Source: Opitutales bacterium (GTDB taxonomy: Bacteria > Verrucomicrobiota > Verrucomicrobiia > Opitutales > PNEW01). Taken from it: DNA of 64,000 bases. The position numbers and the translations under genes were made by a program. The notes under the pieces were generated by a model that worked only from the letters and a program-made list of their open reading frames with translations, did no database searches and was not told the origin of the DNA. Positions within the stretch are counted from its first letter, which is position 1. Each line of letters begins with the position of its first letter. The stretch spans positions 992,001-1,056,000 of the forward strand of contig CBDANS010000007.1 in the NCBI GenBank assembly GCA_965197745.1. Direction: 5' to 3'. Shown piece after piece: positions 20,905 to 31,549 of this stretch.

Positions 20905-22582
20905 TCTTCATCCCGCTTTTTTCTTACTGCTCGGTGGCTTATTCTTACCCTTGTTCAGGGGGAGAGTACGGCAAGCACTCCTTATCATCTTACCCATCCT
21001 CGGATTTTTAAATTTGTTGAGTCATGAAGATGGCAGTTTCTGGAGTTTATACTTTGCAGGATATGATCTCCAGGTCTTGCGAGTCGATAAGTTGAGTCTG
21101 CTCTTCGGTTATCTCTTTCACCTCGCGGCATTGCTCGCGGCAATCTACTCATTGCATGTCAAGGACAGTCTCCAGCACATGACCGGCTTAATGTATGCGG
21201 GTAGTGCGGTAGGAGCCGTCTTCGCAGGAGATTTAATCACATTGTTCATCTTCTGGGAAATGCTTGCTATAACTTCAGTATTTCAAATCTGGGCGCGACG
21301 TTCTTCGCGCGCGGTAAGCTCAGGTATTCGTTATTTACTGATTCATGTCACATCCGGTCTGTTATTGCTGGCTGGAGCCGCATACCAGTATCAGAAGACG
21401 GGTTCACTTGTATTCGATCATATGGAGCTCTCAGGTATGGCTTCCTACCTCATATTTTTTGCTTTCGGAATTAAATGCGCCTTCCCCCTATTGCATTCCT
21501 GGCTTGTCGATGGCTACCCGGAGGCGACACCGACCGGTACGGTGTTCCTCGCTTCATTCACGACAAAAACAGCAGTTTATGCACTGGCTCGAGGATTTGA
21601 GGGAACAGAGCAGCTGATATGGATTGGTGCTATAATGACTATGTTTCCGATTTTTTACGCGGTAATCGAAAATGATCTGCGCCGTGTTTTGGGTTACAGC
21701 ATGATCAATCAGATTGGATTTATGGTAGCAGGAATAGGGCTCGGCGCAGGAATGGGGGTCAATGGTGCGGTTGCTCATGCCTTTAATGATGTTATTTTCA
21801 AAGGTTTGCTCTTTATGTCGATGGGCGCAGTTCTCTTTCGCACCGGGAAAATCAATGGTTCTGAACTTGGCGGTCTTTATAAATCGATGCCTTTCACAAC
21901 AGGGTTTTGTGTTGTTGGGGCATCATCCATTTCGGCATTCCCTCTTTTCAGCGGGTTTGTCAGTAAATCGATGGTTATGCAGGCTGCCGCAGATCAGGGT
22001 CACCTCGTCATCTGGTTGATGCTATTATTCGCTTCGGCGGGGGTATTTCATCATGCGGGTATAAAGATTCCCTTTTTTGCCTTTTTCTCCCATGACTCGG
22101 GCATCCGCTGTAAAGAGGCACCTGCCAACATGCTCACCGCGATGTGGTTGGGAGCATTCCTCTGTATCTTTATCGGCTGTTATCCTCAACCCTTATACAA
22201 TTTGTTGCCTTACCCCGTTGAATACATGCCCTATACTGCGACCCATGTGCTGTTACAATTGCAACTGTTGTTTTTCTCCGCTTTGGCATTCGTTTTTTTA
22301 AAATTATCGGGTATTTATCCACCCGAACTCAGGTCGGTAAATATAGATATTGACCTGATTTATCGCCGTCTTTTACCACGAGGCGTGGGCGCTGTTATCG
22401 CTATATGTGAACCTATAAGAAGAAATATTTTAAATACCTACCAGGGATATATAAAATGGTTTATTGCGTTTACCCATCGCCATCACGGACCTGAAGGAAT
22501 ATTCGCTCGCACCTGGTTGACCGGCAGTATCGTTCTGATGATAACCATCTTTCTCGCGGCATATCTTATTTATTACTTTTGA
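20894..22582 (+). CDS. Mrp subunit D-type antiporter subunit (third copy)
   Basis: FIFWE, PLLHSWL.D.YPEA and ENDLRRVL.YS motifs. Confidence 0.88.
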   Translation: MSINLHPAFFLLLGGLFLPLFRGRVRQALLIILPILGFLNLLSHEDGSFWSLYFAGYDLQVLRVDKLSLLFGYLFHLAALLAAIYSLHVKDSLQHMTGLMYAGSAVGAVFAGDLITLFIFWEMLAITSVFQIWARRSSRAVSSGIRYLLIHVTSGLLLLAGAAYQYQKTGSLVFDHMELSGMASYLIFFAFGIKCAFPLLHSWLVDGYPEATPTGTVFLASFTTKTAVYALARGFEGTEQLIWIGAIMTMFPIFYAVIENDLRRVLGYSMINQIGFMVAGIGLGAGMGVNGAVAHAFNDVIFKGLLFMSMGAVLFRTGKINGSELGGLYKSMPFTTGFCVVGASSISAFPLFSGFVSKSMVMQAAADQGHLVIWLMLLFASAGVFHHAGIKIPFFAFFSHDSGIRCKEAPANMLTAMWLGAFLCIFIGCYPQPLYNLLPYPVEYMPYTATHVLLQLQLLFFSALAFVFLKLSGIYPPELRSVNIDIDLIYRRLLPRGVGAVIAICEPIRRNILNTYQGYIKWFIAFTHRHHGPEGIFARTWLTGSIVLMITIFLAAYLIYYF

Positions 22583-22893
22583 AGTAGACGGGAAAGTGAT
22601 TAAAGAAGAGACAGAAGTTATTCACCTACGCATCTTTAATTCCAGTATTACCTGGAGGGACGCACTCCATTGCGTCCGGGAATAAAAGTATACCCGACAG
22701 CGGTTTCCGTGGGCAGACTCCGTCATTTTCCACTCCAGGGGAATGCCGGTAACGTATTGACATTTGCCTGGATCGCCGCGGCTGACAAGCAGCCTCGCGA
22801 TGACAGGGAATAAATCCAATCTATCACTTAAAACTTAAGAGAGAAAACCCGAAGATTTTCCAGCTTTCGACCATTAACCTTCGACTCCCAACT

Positions 22894-23619
22894 CTACCCC
22901 CACTGGGTCTCTATCCAAGTGACAACTTTTTCCACCATCAAGGAAGCATTTTCATCGGCAAAAACATGATTGGAACCCTCGAGCTTAACAAACTCTTTCG
23001 GTTCGTTGGCTTTTGCAAAAATGTCCAATGAGTCTTGAACCGGAACGACATCATCTTCGGTGCCATGAACTAATAACCAGGGCACCTTTATCCGGGAAGC
23101 CAGCTCGACGACGCTGTCGGTCTTTGCCATATCGTCCATATAAATTTGTGAAAGAGGGCATTGGGGCTCTTCCCACATGAAACCGTTGTCAGGCGTGACA
23201 TCGCCAAACTCCCGATCAGCGAATCCTTTCGTATCAACCATGCCTGCAAGGGAAATTAAATATTTAATTCTCTCATCGGTGCTCGCTCGAATCACCCCCA
23301 CGGCGCCACCCATGCTATGACCCACGTAACACAGGGTGTAATTGTTTAAATGATCGAGGACGCAACCCAGATCTGAAACTTCCTTGCTGATCGTTGAGTC
23401 GGTAAATTTCCCCTCAGAATATCCATTTCCGGAAAATGAAAAGCGTAAGGCTGAAATGCCGGCTTGTGCGAGACCTTGTCCAAGGGCGACGACAAAGGGC
23501 CGGTCTTTATTTCCGGTTACGCCATGCCCGATAACAACGATATGACCCGGATATTTATCACCCTGTTGAAAACTGTAATCCAGCTTTTCATTCTGTTCGT
23601 TTTTAATCTCTCCAAACAT
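22894..23619 (-). CDS. Alpha/beta hydrolase
   Basis: GHSMG nucleophile elbow, HGTEDDVVP and NH catalytic motifs. Confidence 0.9.
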   Translation of the reverse strand: MFGEIKNEQNEKLDYSFQQGDKYPGHIVVIGHGVTGNKDRPFVVALGQGLAQAGISALRFSFSGNGYSEGKFTDSTISKEVSDLGCVLDHLNNYTLCYVGHSMGGAVGVIRASTDERIKYLISLAGMVDTKGFADREFGDVTPDNGFMWEEPQCPLSQIYMDDMAKTDSVVELASRIKVPWLLVHGTEDDVVPVQDSLDIFAKANEPKEFVKLEGSNHVFADENASLMVEKVVTWIETQWG

Positions 23620-23621
23620 TT

Positions 23622-24509
23622 TTACGAATTAAGATTTTTCCAATTTTTGAGGGCACGTTTCCAGGATTTATCGAGTTCCCTGTGACATACTTTTGCCTGT
23701 TCCCAACTGTTGGGGAAATTACTGAGATTGTAACCGCTGATACTGGAACCAACCTCCGGAACAACCCATAACTGGCCATCGGGTTGAGGTCCCTCCAGCC
23801 ACATGGCAAACATATCATCGGTGAATTTTATCCAATCTTTAAATTCAGGAGTCAACCTACTCCGGTTATCGAATACCGGCACCTGGCAATGATGGCCGTT
23901 AAAGGGTCGACAGTGAAAAAGACTGGAGCGCTGTAGAAGCTTGGGATGATCGAGGAGTCGAGAGGAGTATTCATTCGGTCGCAAATGCTTGATAATTGCT
24001 GGATGGGAGTGATCCCAGGTAATGGGCATAAGTTTTCCCGTTGCCTTTTTGTAACCACTGGCGATCGCATATAATTTTTCCGGTGTCTCCGTGCAGGTAT
24101 CACGGTGAATTTCAATGTGAGCTCCCATGCCCAGGCGATTGGACTCCTTGATCATCCTTACGGCGAGCTTTGTGGCGGTTTTGATCGGTGTATCATGATC
24201 ACCTAACTGCACATTTACATAATGAGCCCCTGTTGACTGTAGTTTTTTTAATTTACTATGAAATTCAGTGGGGTTCAAAGCGTCGGTGGCACCAAATAAT
24301 TTGAGATCATATTTTTTCACTAACTTTTTTATCTCACCACTCGGTCGCCACATCACACCGTCAAACCCTGCTTCTTTTACTAACTTTATTTTATGTTCGA
24401 GAGACCACTCGTTCTTTTTCGATGGGAGTTCGACCATGGACCATAAGGTTGCGCAATGGACAATTATAGGATCGGGTTTTTTACGTTTCTTTGCTTTTGA
24501 TGCTACCAT
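23622..24509 (-). CDS. Xylose-isomerase-like TIM-barrel protein
   Basis: EAGFDG, EIHRDT, WDHSH and PE metal-ligand-like motifs. Confidence 0.7.
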   Translation of the reverse strand: MVASKAKKRKKPDPIIVHCATLWSMVELPSKKNEWSLEHKIKLVKEAGFDGVMWRPSGEIKKLVKKYDLKLFGATDALNPTEFHSKLKKLQSTGAHYVNVQLGDHDTPIKTATKLAVRMIKESNRLGMGAHIEIHRDTCTETPEKLYAIASGYKKATGKLMPITWDHSHPAIIKHLRPNEYSSRLLDHPKLLQRSSLFHCRPFNGHHCQVPVFDNRSRLTPEFKDWIKFTDDMFAMWLEGPQPDGQLWVVPEVGSSISGYNLSNFPNSWEQAKVCHRELDKSWKRALKNWKNLNS

Positions 24510-24538
24510 TATATTACCTTATTTATTGAAGGATTAGC

Positions 24539-25456
24539 TTATTTACGCGCGGTCTTTTTCTTCTTCTTCTTTCCAAAGTGTCTTCCCTTGAAGGTAAGTT
24601 CAGCTACACCGGATTTATCCAGTTCGCCCAAACCTTCTTTTACCATCAGCTTATATTGGGAAAGAGTGGCATCATTAAGGGGAAGTTTGATCTTTTGCTC
24701 CCGGGCGAGGGAGACGGCTATTCCGGTATCTTTGGCTGCATGCTCGCAAGAGAAGTAACACTCGTGATCACGGTTTTGCATATCTTCACCATCCGTTTCG
24801 AGAACGCGGGAGTTCGCTCCTGTTTGAGAAAAGACCTCTTGAAGCAATGAGAGATCATGTTTTAAAGCGGCCCCCAGGCCCAGGCCTTCAGCGAGGGCGG
24901 CGGTATTGATATTCATGACCATATTGACCAGGGCTTTAACTTCTGCGGCTTTCCCCGGGCCGCCTATATAGCGCATGCTGCTGCTCATTTTTGTCAGCAT
25001 AGCTTTTACCCGTTGATATGTTTCTTTTCTCCCCCCCACCATTAAGTAAAGGGTCCCCTGGCGCGCTTGAGGGATGCTGGAGGCCATACAGGCTTCCAGA
25101 CTGGCAGCATTAGATCGTCTGGCCGCACGATCGATTTCGACATGAATCTTGGGCGTCAGGGTTGCGCAATTGATAAAAATTTTCCCCCGTGCTTTGGTCA
25201 GCAAATTGTCCTTTTTATTAAAGTAGATCTTTCTCATAGCGGCGTCATTGGTGACAACCGTAATAATGACATCTGATGCCGCAGTCACTTCAGCGAGTTT
25301 ATTTATGTGTTGACTGCCCAATTCCTGTGCAAGCGCTTCGGCTGTTTTTCTATTCACATCATAAACAGCGCTGATTTTATAACCGCACTCTTTCAGTCGA
25401 CGAGCCATGTTTGCTCCCATACGTCCAACCCCTACGAATCCTATTTTTTTTGCCAT
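24539..25456 (-). CDS. NAD(P)-dependent beta-hydroxyacid dehydrogenase (3-HIBADH/6PGDH family)
   Basis: IGFVGVGRMGANMA and KALVN motifs. Confidence 0.9.
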   Translation of the reverse strand: MAKKIGFVGVGRMGANMARRLKECGYKISAVYDVNRKTAEALAQELGSQHINKLAEVTAASDVIITVVTNDAAMRKIYFNKKDNLLTKARGKIFINCATLTPKIHVEIDRAARRSNAASLEACMASSIPQARQGTLYLMVGGRKETYQRVKAMLTKMSSSMRYIGGPGKAAEVKALVNMVMNINTAALAEGLGLGAALKHDLSLLQEVFSQTGANSRVLETDGEDMQNRDHECYFSCEHAAKDTGIAVSLAREQKIKLPLNDATLSQYKLMVKEGLGELDKSGVAELTFKGRHFGKKKKKKTARK

Positions 25457-25493
25457 AATATTTACATGTTAAGGTTTTTGAATGATAGTTATT

Positions 25494-26330
25494 TCACTTA
25501 AATTCAGGAAAAAAGGGATTGTGGGCTTTTTCTTCACCCACCGTAGATAGTGGACCATGTCCCGGGCATATCACGGTATCATCAGGTAAAGTAAGGATTT
25601 TTCCACGATTGTTTTCAAGAGCAATCTGGTAAAGGGAGGGCGCTCCACCAATCGACCCGGCAAACATTGAATCACCGGTTATAGCGATGGTGGTTTTCAA
25701 TCCGGTAATGACATAGGTTGTCCCACCGGGGGAATGACCATGGGTCAAGTATGCGCGGATATGCAGGTTCCCGACTGTAGTGTTCCATCCCTCATCAATA
25801 GATTCTGCGTTCCTCATTGATTCACGCTTATTAATATAGACGGGGGGCTGGCCCGTTTCCTTTTTCAATCGCTTAAGGTCAGCGATATGGTCTCCATGGG
25901 AGTGGGTGAGCAATATCATTTTAAGAGCAAGATCGAGATCCTGTATTTTACTGATAAGAGCGGTAGCGTCAGCGCCCGTATCAAAGACGACCGCTTCCCT
26001 CGTCTCTGTATCCCAGACGAGATAAGCATTAACCGTCATTTCACTGTAACCGGCAATGGGGTAGGGTGTGTTAAAGCTCTCCAGGCCCTCGACAGCCACG
26101 GCTTGAGGATACCACGAATTTTGTCCCGCAGCGACCAGCGTATCGGCATCAAGATTGAGATGGGGAGCTAATTGACGTACCGCATGCTCATCAAAACGCC
26201 CCGACTTTACGGAGTCGAGCGTTTTACTACTCAGACCACTTTTCTCACACAGCTCACTGTTCCCTAAGTTCAGTCCTGCCTGAGATTTTCCGAGTATATC
26301 CTCATACAAATCTTCAATAGGAATGCGCAT
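25494..26330 (-). CDS. Metallo-beta-lactamase-fold hydrolase with N-terminal HTH-like extension
   Basis: THSHGDH, GHSPGG, TGD and PGHG motifs; ATG at 26330 preferred. Confidence 0.88.
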   Translation of the reverse strand: MRIPIEDLYEDILGKSQAGLNLGNSELCEKSGLSSKTLDSVKSGRFDEHAVRQLAPHLNLDADTLVAAGQNSWYPQAVAVEGLESFNTPYPIAGYSEMTVNAYLVWDTETREAVVFDTGADATALISKIQDLDLALKMILLTHSHGDHIADLKRLKKETGQPPVYINKRESMRNAESIDEGWNTTVGNLHIRAYLTHGHSPGGTTYVITGLKTTIAITGDSMFAGSIGGAPSLYQIALENNRGKILTLPDDTVICPGHGPLSTVGEEKAHNPFFPEFK

Positions 26331-26512
26331 TATAAGCCTGGGTGATGACAAGAATAATCTAAGAATCGTTACTTTTTACACTATGGCCTCTTTGACAAGT
26401 AAATTCAATTTCCTCGCTTAAATAAAAAAAATGACTTGAAATACTGACTTATTGATTCGATTAATCTCGAATTGTTCTACGGAATCTATTCTTTACCCCT
26501 TTAAATTTATTA

Positions 26513-28714
26513 ATGATTGAAAATGCTTATTTCTGGATAGCGCCTCTGGCCGCTCTCATTTCCCTTGCCTTTGCCGGATATTTTTACCGACAGATGAAAG
26601 GTGAAAGTGCAGGTAATGAAACAATGATTAAGTTTGCCTCGCATGTTACAGCCGGGGCCCATGCTTATCTCAAACAGCAATATAAAATCGTTGCTATTAC
26701 CTTTATTGCGCTGGCTGTCATTTTCCTCTTTCTCGCGTTTGGATTAGAGGTGCTGAATGCCTGGGCGCCGTTAGCTTTTATTACGGGGGGATTTTTGTCC
26801 GGCTTAGCCGGTTTTTTTGGCATGAAGACCGCAACCGCGGCGGCGAGTCGAACATCGGAAGCAGCGCGCAATTCTCTCGACCACGGCTTGCGAGTGGCGT
26901 TTCGCAGTGGAGCGGTTATGGGCTTATCGGTAGTAGGCCTTGGCTTGTTGGGGGTGACACTCTGGTTTATTTTTCTTCTTTTTATATATCCATCAAGCGA
27001 GGAAAACGCTGGGAACAACCTTCTTCTAATCACTTCTATTATGCTTACCTATGGAATGGGGGCATCACTTCAGGCTCTGTTCGCGCGTGTTGGGGGTGGC
27101 ATCTATACCAAAGCTGCAGATGTGGGCGCGGATTTAGTGGGAAAAGTTGAGGCCGGTATTCCCGAGGACGACCCGAGGAATCCTGCCGTTATCGCTGACA
27201 ATGTAGGAGACTTTGTGGGTGATGTGGCCGGTATGGGAGCAGATTTGTTTGAATCTTATTGCGGTTCCATAATTGCAACCGCGGCACTCGGCGCGGCTGC
27301 CTTTATGGGGGATCCCGATATGCAGCTGAAAGCAACAATAGCTCCCATGATCATCGCCGGTTCAGGTGCTTTGCTTTCGGTCCTTGGGGTGTTTTTTGTG
27401 CGTGTGAAATCTGGGGCAGGTCAAAAAGAGTTATTACACGCGCTTGATCGGGGTATCAATATCAGCGCCGTACTGGTTGTGATTTTATCTTTTATAATTG
27501 TTAAAGCGCTGGGACTGGAAAACTATCTGGGCGTATGGGGAGCTATTGTCACGGGACTCATTACAGGGTTCTTTATTGGAAAAGCAACCGAGTATTACAC
27601 TTCTTACGGATATAAACCCACCCAGGTAATTGCGGAGAGTGGGACAACAGGTCCTGCCACCGTTATAATTTCCGGTATTGGTACCGGAATGATCTCTACT
27701 GCTATACCGGTAATAGCCATCGCCATAGGCATTACCCTGGCTTTCAGCTTCGCTTCAGGGCTCGATTTTTCTAATATTTCGATGGGGCTTTATGGCATAG
27801 GTTTTGCCGCGGTTGGCATGTTATCGACCTTAGGCATTACTCTTGCTACCGATGCCTATGGTCCCATCGCCGACAATGCTGGCGGAAACGCGGAGATGAG
27901 TGGGCTCGAACCGATAGTTCGTGAGCGCACGGACGCCCTGGATGCTCTCGGTAACACTACAGCGGCGATTGGTAAAGGGTTCGCCATCGGTTCTGCCGCT
28001 TTGACCGCGCTCGCTTTAGTGGCTTCCTACATGGAGCAACTCGAAGCGGTAGTGAATAATAATGCAGAGAGATTTTTAGATTTTAAGGAAAAAACGCATA
28101 TTTCAATTCAAGAAGCTTCATTTGTCGATTATGTTACCTATTTCGGTATCAATCTGATGAATCCTATTGTGCTCGTCGGCATTTTCATGGGATCGCTCAT
28201 GGCTTTTTTATTTTGTGGATTAACGATGATGGCAGTGGGACGAGCCGCGTCGAGTATGGTTGATGAAGTGCGCCGCCAATTTAAAGACTTTCCAGGAATT
28301 CTTGAAGGGACAGAGGTGCCCGACTATGAGCGTTGTGTTGCCATATCCACGCGTGGAGCACAGCGCGAAATGTTATTACCTTCGATTCTCGCGGTGGGTG
28401 TGCCTATCGTCATGGGTTTAATCTTTGGGCCAGCAGGTGTTATCGGTCTGCTCACAGGAGGCCTGGGTGCGGGTTTTGTTCTCGCTATATTCATGGCCAA
28501 TTCCGGCGGTGCCTGGGACAATGCTAAAAAGTATATAGAAGAAGGTAAACTGGGTGGCAGAGGTTCTGACGTTCACAAGGCGACGGTTATTGGTGACACC
28601 GTGGGAGACCCCTTTAAAGATACCTCAGGTCCCAGCCTTAACATCCTCATTAAACTGATGAGTATGGTCTCCATCGTCATGGCCGGCGTCACCGTTATGC
28701 ATCACATACTATGA
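26513..28714 (+). CDS. hppA: Membrane-integral ion-translocating pyrophosphatase, K+-dependent type (probably Na+-PPase)
   Basis: [18 protein letters not shown] and [10 protein letters not shown] motifs; GNTTAA has Ala rather than Lys, the K+-dependence signature. Confidence 0.95.
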   Translation: MIENAYFWIAPLAALISLAFAGYFYRQMKGESAGNETMIKFASHVTAGAHAYLKQQYKIVAITFIALAVIFLFLAFGLEVLNAWAPLAFITGGFLSGLAGFFGMKTATAAASRTSEAARNSLDHGLRVAFRSGAVMGLSVVGLGLLGVTLWFIFLLFIYPSSEENAGNNLLLITSIMLTYGMGASLQALFARVGGGIYTKAADVGADLVGKVEAGIPEDDPRNPAVIADNVGDFVGDVAGMGADLFESYCGSIIATAALGAAAFMGDPDMQLKATIAPMIIAGSGALLSVLGVFFVRVKSGAGQKELLHALDRGINISAVLVVILSFIIVKALGLENYLGVWGAIVTGLITGFFIGKATEYYTSYGYKPTQVIAESGTTGPATVIISGIGTGMISTAIPVIAIAIGITLAFSFASGLDFSNISMGLYGIGFAAVGMLSTLGITLATDAYGPIADNAGGNAEMSGLEPIVRERTDALDALGNTTAAIGKGFAIGSAALTALALVASYMEQLEAVVNNNAERFLDFKEKTHISIQEASFVDYVTYFGINLMNPIVLVGIFMGSLMAFLFCGLTMMAVGRAASSMVDEVRRQFKDFPGILEGTEVPDYERCVAISTRGAQREMLLPSILAVGVPIVMGLIFGPAGVIGLLTGGLGAGFVLAIFMANSGGAWDNAKKYIEEGKLGGRGSDVHKATVIGDTVGDPFKDTSGPSLNILIKLMSMVSIVMAGVTVMHHIL

Positions 28715-28826
28715 TATGCATTATGATATGCGGTTAGCATATCATGTTTTAAGTATTAGGTTTTAAGTGTTAGGTAAATATACTTAACACCTAAAACATA
28801 ACACTGAAAATCATTCGATTTTCACC

Positions 28827-29717
28827 CTACGCCGACGCGGCGGGGTAGCCCCCCCTTTTTTCTACGAGGTTATACCCATCTGACTGTTCTTCGGCGTGAT
28901 AGGACGAGCGGACGAGCGGGCCGGATTCGACAACCCCGAATCCAATAGAGAGGCCGAATTCCTTCCATTCTTCAAATTCTTCCGGAGTTACCCAGCGATC
29001 GATTTCAGCGTGCTGAGGTGAGGGCTGCAGGTATTGTCCGATCGTGATGATTTCAACGCCAACCTCGCGCAGCGCGCGCAGCGTGTCGGCAATTTCATTT
29101 TTAAATTCACCAATTCCGAGCATCATACCGGACTTAGTGACAAATCCTCGTTTCCGGGCATGTTTCAGGACCCAGAGAGTCTGCTTCCAGTTGGCCGTTT
29201 TACGGATTGGACGCTGCAGTCTTTTAACCGTTTCTATATTGTGATTGAGAATATCCGGTTTTGCATCAAGCACCGTATTCAAGTCATTCACTCTTCCGCG
29301 AAAATCCGGGATGAGAACTTCTATCGCGGTCTGAGAATTACGATGACGGATGGCACGAATGGTAGCGGCCCAAACGCTGGCTCCTCCATCTTTCATATCA
29401 TCACGGGCGACGGATGTGACGACGCAATGTTTCAGCCCCATTTTTGCTACAGCTTCTGCAACGCGCGCGGGTTCGCCCAAGTCGAATTCGATTGGTTTAC
29501 CCGATTGAACGGCGCAAAAAGTGCAAGACCTTGTGCAGACATTACCAAGAATCATAATTGTTGCTGTTCCTCGCGACCAGCACTCACCCATATTAGGACA
29601 ATGGGCGCTCTGACATACGGTATTCAGATCGTTAGATTCGACGATATTATTCAATCGATGAAAGGTGGGGCTGTTTGGCAGTTTCGCGCGCAGCCAACTT
29701 GGTTTTCGCTTTATCAT
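28827..29717 (-). CDS. lipA: Lipoyl synthase
   Basis: CX4CX5C plus CX3CX2C and RSSY motifs. Confidence 0.97.
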   Translation of the reverse strand: MIKRKPSWLRAKLPNSPTFHRLNNIVESNDLNTVCQSAHCPNMGECWSRGTATIMILGNVCTRSCTFCAVQSGKPIEFDLGEPARVAEAVAKMGLKHCVVTSVARDDMKDGGASVWAATIRAIRHRNSQTAIEVLIPDFRGRVNDLNTVLDAKPDILNHNIETVKRLQRPIRKTANWKQTLWVLKHARKRGFVTKSGMMLGIGEFKNEIADTLRALREVGVEIITIGQYLQPSPQHAEIDRWVTPEEFEEWKEFGLSIGFGVVESGPLVRSSYHAEEQSDGYNLVEKRGGYPAASA

Positions 29718-29720
29718 AAG

Positions 29721-30392
29721 CTAGGAAATTCTAAATATTTTCCAGAACTCAACAGTTACTATGCTTTTAAGTTCATCGAGATCAACCTCAATTCCCTTTT
29801 CCGTTTTAACGGATGTGACCGTAGCATCGGTGATACCGCAGGGGACGATGCCATCAAATGGGTCCAGGCTGTTGTTAACATTGATGGCAAAACCATGGTA
29901 TGTCACCCAACTTTTAACGGCAACGCCTATAGCCGCAATTTTACGATTATTCAGCCAAATACCCGTTTTCCCTTTATTGCGCATTGCCTCCAATCCCATG
30001 CAGCCGAGAGCATTGATCACTACTTGCTCCAGATCGCGCAAGTAGCGGTGGAGGTCTTTTACTCTCTCGTTGAGGCTGATTATGGGATAACCGACAATTT
30101 GTCCCGGGCCATGATAGGTTATGTCCCCGCCTCGATTTGATTTCTCTACACCAATGCCCTTTTGGGTGAGAGTATTTTTATCCCAAATTAAATGGCTTGC
30201 TGCACCGATCCGCGCACCAATCGTAAATACTGGGTAATGTTCGGTAAATACCAGGGTGTCTTGCGATTTACCATTAATTCGATTTTCAACCCACTCAAGT
30301 TGTCGGGAATAAGCATCGGCATAATGCGTGACGCCCCAGTCTTCATAAGCATGAGTTAACGCTACTGATGAATGGGATGTATTTTTTTCCAC
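29721..30392 (-). CDS. lipB: Octanoyltransferase LipB
   Basis: RGGDITYHGPGQ, KIAAIG, HGFAIN and IVPCG motifs. Confidence 0.96.
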   Translation of the reverse strand: MEKNTSHSSVALTHAYEDWGVTHYADAYSRQLEWVENRINGKSQDTLVFTEHYPVFTIGARIGAASHLIWDKNTLTQKGIGVEKSNRGGDITYHGPGQIVGYPIISLNERVKDLHRYLRDLEQVVINALGCMGLEAMRNKGKTGIWLNNRKIAAIGVAVKSWVTYHGFAINVNNSLDPFDGIVPCGITDATVTSVKTEKGIEVDLDELKSIVTVEFWKIFRIS

Positions 30393-30430
30393 GAAAATAA
30401 ATCTAGCTTATACACAAGATGACCGCAAAC

Positions 30431-30937
30431 TCATTTCATCACTATCGGGTCGGGGAGATTAATATAAAATCCAACGATCATAATAAAGGATATGGCAAAT
30501 TTTGCAACAAACGCGGCAATACCTCCGACGATGGTGCCTATTCCTGCCTTGCCCGCTTGTTGAATGCCTCGATTTCGAATAAATTCCACCAAGATAACCC
30601 CTGCGATCGGCCCGATGATCAGTCCAGGTATGTTGAATAAAACAGCACCGGCCAGACCTCCAAGCACCGCTCCTACGCCACCCTGCCAACTGGCACCGAA
30701 TCTTTTTGCGCCCCAAAAGCCACACAAAAAATCCAGAACTTGAGCCAATAAGGTAAGGATGGTTGCCACCGCAAAAAAGGTCCATGAGACCGAGTCATCA
30801 CCCAGAACCGCTTTATGAATAAAAATACCCGCCCAAACCAGAAATGGACCGGGAATTACGGGCATGAAGGTGCTGAAGAGGCCCGTAATAAAAAAAATAC
30901 TCGTGACCACAAGCATCGTTAATGATAAGCTGATCAT
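30431..30937 (-). CDS. DUF456 (YqgC-like) membrane protein
   Basis: PVIPG, GAKRFGAS and GLIIGP.G motifs. Confidence 0.85.
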   Translation of the reverse strand: MISLSLTMLVVTSIFFITGLFSTFMPVIPGPFLVWAGIFIHKAVLGDDSVSWTFFAVATILTLLAQVLDFLCGFWGAKRFGASWQGGVGAVLGGLAGAVLFNIPGLIIGPIAGVILVEFIRNRGIQQAGKAGIGTIVGGIAAFVAKFAISFIMIVGFYINLPDPIVMK

Positions 30938-31020
30938 TATTTAAAGCTTAAAGTCTATGGGATTTAATCCCTAATCCCTTTAGGTAACGATTAATATAAA
31001 AAGTATGCAACGGTATTAAA

Positions 31021-31368
31021 ATGATCGGGCTCAACGAATCATTTCAATCCACATCTGAAACACCTCTTTTTAAAGAAGGTGAGATAATTCACCATAAACG
31101 TTATGACTATCGTGGGGTCATTGTCGGATTAGACTTATATTGTGAAGCCGAAAATGACTGGTATCAATCGAATCAGACTCAACCCGAACGCAACCAACCC
31201 TGGTATCATGTGCTGGTAGACGGGGGTGATCATACCACTTACGTGGCCCAATCCAATCTCGAAACAGATACCAGTGGCGAACCTGTTGATCATCCCCTAA
31301 TCGAACATTTTTTCCGTGGTTTTGAAAAAGGGAGTTATATACGCAATAATAAACCGTGGCCGGGGTGA
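31021..31368 (+). CDS. hspQ: HspQ/YccV-like protein
   Basis: YRGVIVG.D, QPWYHVLVD and TYVAQSNL motifs. Confidence 0.85.
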   Translation: MIGLNESFQSTSETPLFKEGEIIHHKRYDYRGVIVGLDLYCEAENDWYQSNQTQPERNQPWYHVLVDGGDHTTYVAQSNLETDTSGEPVDHPLIEHFFRGFEKGSYIRNNKPWPG

Positions 31369-31549
31369 TTTCCAGTGTTATGTTTTAGGTGTTAAGTTTT
31401 AGGTAAAGAGTCGAAAGTGGAATGTATAAAGTCATAGGTGCGAAATACACAATTAAGCTTTTCCCTTAAAACCTTAAACTTATCACTTAAAACAAAATAT
31501 TTTTGACCTTATGAAATGGAACCTGTTTATTAATTACAAGGAATAGAAA

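Noticed and set aside
29034..30140. 368-aa plus-strand ORF
   Set aside because: Antisense shadow of lipA and lipB with no recognisable motifs.
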